This document shows, piece by piece, positions 12,301 to 24,300 of a DNA stretch of 64,000 nucleotides; the stretch's first letter is position 1, and every line of letters starts with the position of its first letter. This stretch comes from Phoronis australis. Its lineage: Eukaryota; Animalia; Phoronida. A program made the position numbers and the translations under genes. The notes beneath the pieces were generated by a model. It had not been told where the DNA came from. It saw nothing but the letters and a program-made list of their open reading frames with translations, and made no database searches. The stretch is from assembly GCA_002633005.1 (NCBI GenBank), contig NMRA01000203.1, forward strand, positions 501,242-565,241, given 5' to 3'.

Positions 12301-15300
12301 CGTTCCTCCGAAACATAAAGAGCAACTTCCGCTTTTCGAGGTGAACGTCGTCTGCAACACCGCGGTAAGAAAGGAATTTGCCGCGGAAATTTTATATCAA
12401 ATCCGATTTTTTTTACGCGGAAATATAATAAAATGTGCGGACAGAACATTTGAAAAAAGCGGAAATCCGCGTTTCCGCGGAAAATTCCAAGCCCTGACTA
12501 TTCTCAGATTTCTCAAATACGTGCCGTACAAATCATGACTTCATTTATACAAAACCTCCCTGATTCTGTAAGATGTATGTATTAGCTGTGCATGAAATAT
12601 AGTTTATGCCTTAATCAGTTCTATTCCAGACTATAATTTTCAGACATATAGTTAACAAGGTACTTACTAGATGGCGTGCTTTATAATTTCTTCATTCATC
12701 GTTTGTATATTTTTCTAGTCAGAATGAGATCGCTGCATTAACCTTAACAGCCTGATTTGCTTATGGTCATAAAAGAAGCCAGAGTATAGTCACTACTTAA
12801 TCACGGGAATGAATAGTTTGTTAACTTTCAAATGAAAATGGACGGCTAAACATGGATTGCAACTTGCGAGTCAGATACAATAAAGAAGTCATCACGCTAA
12901 CATTAAAAGCAATTTTAACCAACAGCAAATGAGAATTCTTCAGAAGTACCAAGTAATTTTTGCTAATGGAAAATGCTACTAATTGTCCATACAAACCTGC
13001 AGTTTGTCACTGGCATCAACAGCAGCTAGTTCAACAACCGTTTGTATCTCCAGTCCAACAGACTGCAACAGACTCTGAAATCACAGCCATCACATAACAG
13101 CAATGCACCGTTTCTGATGTTGTTTAATTTATAATAATTGTAGGGAAATAATTTGCATTCACCCGAGGGGATACTAAACTACCCATTATGCTTTTACAAG
13201 TCTCTTTTCAGTAATATATTACTTGAAAGACAACCAGTAATAAAGTTCCTGAGGAAAAACAACTGCCTTTTTGTGTGAAAACAAAATGCCACATCAAGAT
13301 CAAATATTACATCATGCAGATGATAATTATTACATCACACAGATGATACTTGTTCACCTGGGAAATGTGAATATCAGAAAAATTGTAACTTTTGATGGAT
13401 AGGATCTAACGATTGCAGAATCAGTTTGGTCCATTTGACACTGAAGAAAACATGATGACCAATAATTGAACATTTACTGCCAGAAAATCTTCAAAACAGC
13501 AACAAAGCAGGCAATCTACAGAAATGCACAGAAAAAATATTTGTTTATGAATATGTACCACATCTGAACAAATTAGAACATTTATCTCTTAACCTTTGGT
13601 TTTGCAACTTACATTGAAAGACTGCTATGTTAGCCAAATAAAGCTATTATCACACAACCACACGTTTCAAAGGTGAAGCAAGTTACAAACTTATTGACCT
13701 CACGTTTTACTACAAATGACTTCAGTGATAAGCACCTTATAAATAGGAAAAAAGAATAAAACATTAATTTTACGGATAATTTGATGATGACCACCATTCC
13801 AAGTTCCTAACCTGCTGTTCCCGTTCCGACCGTTTCATGACGTCCTGCAAACTTTGTAGTTCCTCCTGTAGTTGTCGAACCCGACTCATATCTTCCTCGG
13901 CAGACGCACTCTTAGTATCGTACTCTTGACGGACTCTTTGATACTTCAGTTTGACACTGTTACGCTCAGCTTCTAGTCTGTCGAACACAGTACAGAAATT
14001 TGTTACCTGGATTAGACAACAGCCCAAACTAGCTGATTGGATAAATTTACTGACAACCACCGACAGAGCAGTAAATTGAATACATACTACTGGGATACAA
14101 AACTTTCGTGACATTGTTCACGACAAATCGAAAGTATTCAGACAACTCCCGTCATGACGGCAACAGCCAACTTCATGGTCAGAGTATTCTTCCCTCCTGA
14201 CCAAGCATGAAGAGGATACTAGTCACATGAAGGGGATACTAGTCACATGAAGGGGATACTAGTCACATGAAGGGGATACTAGTCACATGAAGGGGATACT
14301 AGTCACATGAAGGGGATACTAGTCACATGAAGGGGATACTAGTCACTAGAATTAGCTGTCATTATGGGGAAAACAATATTTTATTGTAATTACAATTGTC
14401 TTGCACCGTATATTGTTGGATTTTATGGTATTATGCAGCAACGGAATTCATACTTTTCAAGGAGATTTGGATTAAATGGCATTACACATTATTGGGTTTT
14501 ATGATTACATATCACTGAATGTCTCAACATTTACAGCATTGTGTATTGGCATGATACTATTCTTAAGTTGTCACAGAAATAGAAAAACTCCGAAAAAAAG
14601 TTAACCAAGTATTGCAGTCTAGCACTTTGGTGCTGGCTTGTACTACAGTACACTGTACAAGACAAAAGGAATCAGACCAAATATCATTTTCCCCACAATG
14701 ACGACTAATTTTGTCAACAGCAAAAATTACTGGTAATAACTATTAGGAAAGCAAAATTCCATATACAAAATGGCATAGCCATCTCACTAACTTTCGCGTT
14801 AATTACCCTTCAGTCTCAGTCATGAGAGATTACTCTCTGATGATGAATTGGGCTTCCATCCCGTCATCATGATGGGCAATGCCAGGTCATTTTGTCCGAA
14901 TATCTTTGGCTTAAACTATATCTTCAAAAGCATTGCACTACTCAACAACAAAATGTCTTTTATCATATCCACGTTCACATGATGAAATTTCACCTACCAT
15001 AGTTAAAGAAGATAATTATAAACCTTCTTATTTAAAGCATGGTCAACATGTAATGACAACACCATATTCAAAAGGAGTGTTCAGCTTAACACTAATCCAC
15101 AAAGTTATTCAAATCTTTTACCAACACCAAACACAAAATTCTATTAAATCTCAGACACCTGCTGATCTCAGTATGAAGTCTCTCAATCTCTGCATGACTT
15201 TTCTCTACTTGTCGCTTGACAAGTTTGGACGAAGAGCGCTCATCTGATAACTGAATCTGAAATGCCAACATTCAATAGCAATGCAGAAGAGGCTGAACAA

Positions 15301-18300
15301 AACAATTATTCAAAGTTAGTAATGGCCACTCATGAACACTGTAAACTGACTTCTACAACCAACAGCCGTAGATAGTAAATAACACAGCAAGAAGTCAGCT
15401 GGATACAAAAAGCTGCGTGTAAGGGTTTATGAATCAATCAAACACTTGGCTAGACCCTGCAAATTCTCCAGCTGCGCTGAGACCATCTTGTCCCCGTTGT
15501 CTACTTGTGAAAATAGCTAGTAACTTCTGATTTAGACCACTAAAACTGGTCCCACCTTCTTCCTTACTCGAATGAGAAGTGATTTCTGGGCTCAGAAGGA
15601 ACTGGCAGTTTGTTATTGCTAGAGAATATACTTGGTGCATAGAATGACACACCATGACAAGACATCTTACTGAGCAATAAGGAAGGGAATGTCAATTCTC
15701 CCCAAACCCAGAAATCATATTGCTCATATTGTGAGAACCAGTTTGATTTTCGTTACTCAGTGTTTTCAATAGCCACATCTTGAAAATACCACAACGCTAT
15801 GCTGATTCTGTGAAATGAACCCGGCCACAAAGGAAGCTCTTGTATAACAGTTACCAAGCTCATCTTGGTGTCAAGGAGAGTGTAGTGTGGTAAGTTGTTC
15901 TTTCATTGTCCCACTCAGCTAAGACTACTAGAAGCCTAACTTTTAAATTAAAAATCTATGTCAATGGTACACAGTGTTTTTCTACCTCCGCAAAGAGGAG
16001 AGTTGAATTCGGGATGTGCCTATTCTTTATGGTGGTTTTATTGACTCAGCATTCATACCTGAAGAGCTTGAAGTTGCGCCTCATAATCTGCTTGTTCGTG
16101 CTTGATTCGACGCAGGAAGTCCTGTTTTGTTTTTTCCTCCTGGTTCTAACGAACAACAAAATTTGGTTACATTGACAGAATTAGTAGTTCAATTGACAGA
16201 GAACTGAACTGAAAAATTGGTTCAAACAGCTGATGATTTCTAAAATATTTGTTAAAAACGACATAGAATAACCTCCATTGATGTTCGTCTGCTGCTTTGA
16301 TTTATATGTCAGAAATAAAGTGGAATTATTACACTTGGTTAACACATACCGTACTTTGGCTTTGAGGCAAAAATGTCTCTGAGTTGCATACATTTAGTTA
16401 AACTTGCTTTTGAAATGTACGCAGATTTAAGGTTACCTGAGCTGCAGTAAGACGTTGTTTGTAATTCTCTGTTGAACTGTTTATTTCCCTTTTCAGGTTC
16501 TCAACAGCACCCAGATGTGACTGTTTCAACTAAAACAAAATACCACTCAGAACATAACAAAAAACAAACAAAAACACACAAGAAAATAAGAGCAACTTAC
16601 AATGTGAGCACGATAAAACCTTTTTCTCACCAGACACTTTTCAAAAATAAAACACATCATTTCCAAGAAAACTAGCAGTGAGAAGGCACTGCACTTTTCA
16701 TGTAAACTAGCAGTGAGAGAGCACCGCATTTTTCATGTAAACTACTTATTGACTTTTACAGATGACCGTTTTACAGGGAAATTTCAACACAAGATCCATA
16801 AAGAAGGATGTATAATTAATATGGATCTTTCTTGTGTGAAAAAGGCAAAACGCCACTCATGGGATGTATGACATAACAGTTTGCTGTAACAGTATTGCAC
16901 AGATATTGGGTCCTCAGTAGCTCAGTTGTAAGAGCACTAGACCGGCAATCTAGAGATCTGTGGTTCGATTCCCAGTTGGGGTTCCTGATTTTTCTGTGTT
17001 TATTTGATATATTTCACTATTGGCCAACTTCAGCGTCTATATATTTATGTAATCTTTCTATGAGATAATCAAGGAATCAAAAATGTCAGAGCTGCTATTA
17101 TAATGCCACGCTGCTATAAAAGAAACATACATTAATTTGATTTAGACTGCTTACCACTATAAAACTGGTCTCAGCTTCCTTATCCAATGAGAAGTGGTTT
17201 GGAGGCTTGTAAAAAGTGATAGTTCAATTATATAATTTGCTTGAGACCATACAAAGTGCCTACAATATCCACTGTGACAAGCCTACTCATGGAGCCTGGT
17301 CTTAAACAATGAGCTGTCACTTCATTTAAGTACAACAAGAGGCCAATTTTGACAAAATCAGAAGGCGGGTTTATCGCATCTTTATTACTACTCAATACAA
17401 TAGCTACTGGACCCATTATTTTTAATGGAGCATTTTCATGGCACAACACCACACTACAATATTTGACATATAATGAATTAATCAGGGCTTGGAATGACCA
17501 ATCACAAAAAACGCGGAAACTTTTACGGCCCAAATCATGCGCGCTACCCAACCTTGAAATGGTCGATGTGAACCTTTCCCCGACAAAAATCGGGAGGACT
17601 AAAAAATAAAAAAAAAAAAAAAATAATAATAAAAAAATAACAATAATAATAAAAAACGTTACCACCATCAGTAGCATGCGTCTGCGTCCTTTTAGGTCGC
17701 CCGTCGACTCCCAATCCATACACTTTTGGCTGCAGAGCCGTAGTATTTGTCGCCGCGGTTTACAGTAACACGAGACGCCATTGAAAATCCCACCACGCTA
17801 TCCCAGATGCCCCGGCAATGTTGACAATTTACGTTCCTTCGAAACATAAAGAGCAACTTCCGCTTTTCGAGGTGAACGTCGTCTGCAACGCCGCGGTAAG
17901 AAAGGAATTTGCTGCGGAAATTTTATATCAAATCCGATTTTTTTACGCGGAAATATAATAAAATGCGCGGACAGAACATTTGAAAAAAGCGGAAATCCGC
18001 GTTTCCGCAGAAAATTCCTAGCCCTGTACACCACACTACACCATTTGACAAATCATGAATTAGTATAATGCCAATCAATTAAAACAAGTTTACAAACCTC
18101 TTTTACTTGGAGGGCGAGATCTTCAATGTCTTTCTTTGCGACCGTTTCATTGCGGCGAGATTCGTTGAGACTCCTTTTAATGTCTTGTAGCTTATTTTTC
18201 AATTCCTGTAAATGATAATAAGTTCAATCGATTAATAAATGACGTTGCATGGTCTCAATGATCGGGCACACTGAACTACACACACTAACAGATCCCCCCT

Positions 18301-21300
18301 CCCCCAAGCACAATTAGAAGATAGCTTAGTACAACGAGTTTTATCCCCAACACACCTGATTTTGTATTTCACTCTTCCTCAGCTGCTCAGAGAGTTCCTT
18401 GCTGTGGTGATCATTCTCTGCAAGCTGTCTCTGTAATCACAAGTTGTTACCATACAGCAAAGTATTGCAAGAGGAAAACAACAAAACAGTGTTGTCTGTG
18501 ACGACTGGTGCCATATTGAAATAACAGCATCTCTGACAACTGTCATAATTTCATAAGTTGAGAAGTTACTTTATGTTTATTATTTAGACTTCCAATTAGA
18601 TGACAGACAAACAACTCGGTCTGTAAAACATTCTGACCTACCCTGACATCTCGCAACTTGAAAACGCAAAGCGTCACATACGGGTACGCAATTGCCACTC
18701 GAAACTCAATGTGAATCGCCCCACAAGTAAAAATACTTTCTGATTAATATGCAAGGGAAAATCCATTCTGCTATAGATAAAGAATTTCATTAAAACTTGG
18801 TGTGGGTACCTGAAGTTGTCGATTCTGGTCCTGAGACAATCTCTCTGCAGCCTGAGTCGCGGAGATAGCCTCGTCAAGTTTGTTCCTGTCTTCATTCATG
18901 GAATGAAACCTCTGTTGATAGGAGCGTAGTTCATTTTCCATCTACAATACAAATCATGCCATTGTTTCCTTATTGGAGTTACATGTCAGCAACAACAAAA
19001 GTCGTATCATATAACTTTCAACCAACTCAAAAGGAAATTTACAACAAAAAGAAAGCTCTATTGATGCACAGTCATGTAAAGTACATTTCTAAAAACAGAA
19101 CCGTCTCGCCTTTCAAGAACATCCATAGAATGCTTTGGCATATGTCCAGAAGTGCAGAGTAGTGAAAATACATTATGCAGTCTATTACGTCATGTTTTGC
19201 ACTAATGGTAATCCAGTAGAAAAGATTTGGTTGAAAATAAGCAAAGCCTTGTGAAATTGACATTATTCTGTCTCTCAGTGAATCTTATCCATAATTTTTA
19301 CTGTCCATTTAAAAACATACAAACCATTGAAAATAGTGAATTTTGATTTTAAAAGATGATTTTTATTGCAAGCCTATTGGTTTATATAAACAAAGCAGTT
19401 ACATAATCAATAACATTACTATCAACTTACAATTAGTTCGGCATTACCCAATAAAACACCTCACCTAAATCCAACAAAACATTCAAAAAAGCATCAACAC
19501 ATAATAGGTAAAATATTGAAAAAGTATATTTTTAATGCAAACGTCAAAAAATAAAACAATGTACTTGCCTGCTCTATTACTTGCTTTGCCTCTGAAAGCT
19601 CAATCTCTAGACTGGCTTGAGTTGACTTCAGCTCACTGATCTATGAAGATAATAGGAAAAATCAGTGCCTAGTATGTAAACCATTTCATTAACTTGTTTT
19701 GACCAGTTACTTCTTAAAGGTGCTCATAAGCCCACTTTCCACCAAAAACTAACTTGTGATTTACACCATTGACAGTTACATACTGGTCTCAACTTTTACT
19801 TTACTCAGATTAGACGTGATCTCTGATCTTGGCAAGAATCCACTGTTTTTTGTTGCTTCTGCACAATCGCAATAAGTTGGCTTGTCACGGCAGATCCCGT
19901 ACTGCGGCCAGGATGGTCTCAAGCAATAACAAATCCTCAATTCTTCCCAAGTATTGAGTAAAGAACTGCCAACACTACAGATTTAACAACTAAACAATGA
20001 ATGTGTGCAAGGGTAACTTTTGATACAAAACTGAAGTTCACGTCAAGCACTTGACAAATCTATCATTTAAACACGTTTTATAATGTGCGAATACTGTGAT
20101 GGTGCTGATCATGAGAAAAAATGATGACAGTCTATGTAACATACTGTACGTCAATAAGACTCAACAGACTTAACTACATACACACACAATGGCATATGAT
20201 CTCTTTCAATGCCTCTGTGTACTGACTTAGTATGCCAAGTGAAATGTCTTGTGCATTTAATATTAAGGGTGAGACAATTAATTGAATCGCGACGTGAAAG
20301 CGACCAATTTCGATATCGATATGCCAAGGCCTATTTTGATTCAAGGTGTTTTACAAAGTGACAACTTATTGAGACACAGTAGTCATCAGAAAATTTTGAC
20401 ACTCTGATTTTCCAGAATGAAAATCTTAAGATAAAAGAAATGAAAGTGTGACCCTGTTAACTTTTTCTCATACTGAAGTTGCTAAAATTTTTATGAGTGG
20501 TAAGTATTAATATGACAAACAAGAATTGAATTAAAAATAATTGTATTCCACCAAAAAAGAACCAAATCAAATTCCTCAAAATATGTATCATCCCACTCCC
20601 TAGTTATATGTATCAAATAAGACTCACTTGTAAGTCTCTCCCCGAGATCTGTTCCTCCTGCTGAGCTCTGACAGACTAAAAACATCAAAGTACAAGTTCA
20701 GCAATTGTCATTATTTTGTTTCGTGTCACTGCCATTGCTTCAGAAGGAAATTAAAGGAAGCTTGCTTAATATCCAGGTAAACTTAACTTTGAAATAAAAA
20801 AAACAGAAAGAAAGTGTCCTTAGCTCCCAAGAGGTGAAGTGACCAGAAATAGCAAACAAATTGTCACATCATTTTCTTTTCATAACAGCACATTCCCCAT
20901 CAGATTTCCTGAGCGTGTGAATGAATGCCCAATATGTCAAGATAAGTAATACCAGGAAGACATTATCAGGAAGGTATATTATTTTTGTGTCTTTTAATGT
21001 GTTTTTGAATGGGACTTCAAAAAGACTGCTTTAAAATGTTGTCAGTAATATAATGTTGAAGTCTTAACCTTACAAAATGCCAACAATTCAGTCGCTGAAA
21101 ACTGCAAATTAGTGGCGTTGGGGCACTATGAATATGACCACCATAAAAGACAATCTTCCCAAATAAAATCCCAACATAAACTTTGTGAACTATGATCTCA
21201 TACGCTACGGTTGTCTGATTTGTCATTTTTTATCACACCCACCCAGAACGTATCGACTACACTGCACATGTGTTACAGAAAAGTGACATTTTACCAGCAT

Positions 21301-24300
21301 CTTTTGTAGAAAAGGTTTCAGGTATACCACATATATTACAGGCATAACGTATCTTCATAGCAAAAAAGCTGAATGATGCAGATTTCGTAAACTATATTTT
21401 ACTACAGTGCCATTATACATCGACGGCGTATCCAAACACTAGTGAGAATTTTTGATGACGTGAATTGAAGTCGATATTTTCAAATGATTATTATGCTGTT
21501 ATTGTAAGTTATTAAATAAAGAATCACATTGTGTGGACAAAGGTCTGCATTACTCATTCTAATGGCATTATTACTTCTTAGTTAAACAGTACTTCCAATC
21601 TGCTAAATGCTTTCCACAAATGCCACTCAGGCACTTGAACATTCCTGGAAATGTCTTCTTGTGAACACTGAATATTCCCTGAGTATTTTTATGTGACAAG
21701 TTACTTGTCACAGCACAAAACATAATGTTCACAGTTCACAAACTTGACGTAATATTTGACCAACTACCATGGCCTGGTGACCAACATCACATTTAGCAAG
21801 TAACAATCATTTGTTGTACTGTCAACAGCAGCTACATCAAGTGCCACTATTTCACTTTTATGAGTGCTGCTTGCAATCAAGACCAAGTCTCCATCCCTAA
21901 AACAATTGACCTTTCTACGATATATAGGTCACATTTCAACTCTTTTTCTCCATCCAAACTACGACATAGCAATAACCCTGCACCTCCCTTTCACCACCTC
22001 CTACCAGTATATCTGCCATCTCTCGCCTCATATTCTCCAGTGTCTGACTGCCACTCTGTGTAAGGTTCTTCACAGTCTCATTCTCCTTAATGAGCTGTTC
22101 TACCCTGGTCTGTGCCTGTTGTGCAGTGTGCTGCTGCCGGTCTAGTTCACGCTCCAGCTTCTTACATTTGGCCTTCCACCTGAAGCATGAACGTAGTGGT
22201 GACAAAATGAATGATGATAGCCTCATCAGTACTTTCATCACACTGTTTTCCAAGAGGGCTTCAACATGCCTGCTACTTATTCATTTCCTTTTCATTCAGT
22301 CAAGTTTAGATAGAGCACAGTGATACAAGAGACAGCTGACAAACCGCACCTAATTACTCTCCACACTACTCTCCTACACATTGCTTAAGCCTCACAAACT
22401 CACAGCCTGATTAGATGGAATTTCATCACTGTTTCATAGGCTGTATCAATTGTTTGACCCCGTGCATGTTTGAAAACGTCCATCCTCTCAGGCCCCAACC
22501 TCTCATGCTATACTCTATCCAATTCCCAAGGCGCCAATATCTCATATTCTACTCAGTCCAAGTTTCAAAACCCCAAATTTCTCAACATAATCTACTTCAT
22601 CCATGTTCCAAGGCCCCCCAACCTCTAATGTTCTACTCCACCTATGTTCCAAAGCCCAAAACTTTCATGCCCAACTCCATCCATGTCCAAAGGCCCCCAA
22701 CCACTCATATTCTGCTCCATGTTCAAATGCCCCCCAACCTCTCGTGCTCCACTTCATTCATGTTCCAATGCCCCTCACTCATGCTATACTCTATCCATGT
22801 TCCAGGATCTCCTCACTTACTGCTTGACTACTTCCTGAGCGCGTGCTTTCAACTCCTCATTTCTCTTTACATGCTCCTGATGTTCATTCTCAGCTGCCGT
22901 CAGTTCGTTGGCATACTTCTGAGCCTCCCGTGTCACATCCCGTTGCTTACGCATCGCATCCTCTAACTCTTTTGTCAACTGTGCACACTTCTCCTCACAC
23001 TCCTGTTGACGGTTACTGTCCTCTCGCAGCTGAATGGTCAACTTGGCAGCGTGTTTCTCCTTGTTATCCAAGTCTTTACTGAGAACCTGCAGAGAGAAAA
23101 CAAAATTAACAATCATGCATGTAATATTCAGATTATGCGCATGACACTGGACATTTTGCCATCATTCACACCCACAAGAGGAATGGTTCCCGACTTTCAG
23201 AGGAAATGACCAGGCTTTGTTCACAAATTTTTTGTTGGCAACATTTCAAATGCTACGATATATAATAGGTTTCAAAACATGATGAACAAGCTTTGACAAC
23301 GATTCACATGTGAAAATGTGACTAAATATCTATTGTATAAAACATAAATAATCATGATGTTTTATTTCTGGATACCTTACGTCAAAATCCTCAACGCTTT
23401 TGTATGTGTTACCTGGAATTCTGATTATCTCAAGGTACCTAAACTACACAGTTAACGGACTGCTAACACAGTGTCCGACACACAAACACGGCTCACGTAT
23501 CTGCAAACACAGTTCACTGACTCACATACACAAGATAGGACTCACAGAACACAATCCATTCACGCAAAATACATAGTCACGGATTCACATTCATGTAGAA
23601 ACATGAGGGTACAAGGACTGCCAAACACAGTTCACTCCGATAAAGCATGCCAAATACATGCTCACGGACTCATCGGCTTCCCGGGTAAGTACCCACGAAA
23701 TAGTGATTATTACCAGGCAGAAAGGGAGTTGATCAACCTTCGTGTATTTGGCAACAACTTTGCCTACAAAAACTTGATTTTAGTGCAAAAATAAAGAGCT
23801 AATTTTCACAAGAGACTGATACTTCAAGTCATGCTTAATTCAATTTCAAATGCTCTTTATATTCTGCGCATCAACTTAATAATAAACAGTTCACAAACAC
23901 CAACAACAATAAATAAATTGTAGATTACAAATGAGCAGTTTAAATAATGTTAATTTGTTTCTAATTCTTACAATTACATCATATTACAGATATATGATCC
24001 AAATTATATTCAATCTCGCACCCATTACACAGCTGTCGAAGCTGACTTCTACATTTTATCAGTAAACCGTGTTTGGCAGCCTGTGTACAGTATTTCTACC
24101 TGAATGTGAGTCCGTGATCGTGTATCTTGGGTGAATGGATTTGTTTTGTGAATCCGATACCGTGTCAATGAATGGTGTTTGCAGGTACGTGAGTAGTGTT
24201 TTTGCATTAGACACCGTGTTTGGCAGTCCGTTAACCATGTCATTTAGGTACCTTGTGTCTGACTACTCCGACTGAAAGAATTTCTGGTTAGGCACAGTAA

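Noticed and set aside
15528-17205. Shared ~70-bp segment in two introns (15528-15595 and 17138-17205) as paralogous snoRNAs
   Set aside because: No box motifs were found; it is more simply a fragment of a dispersed repeat.
17228-18034. ORFs of 78-163 aa here, with similar ORFs at 11896-12538
   Set aside because: They lie inside repeated MITE copies, have no transposase motifs, and the frames are not conserved between copies.
22415-22966. 183-aa plus-strand ORF
   Set aside because: It is explained by a stop-poor minisatellite plus the antisense strand of a CEP128-like exon.
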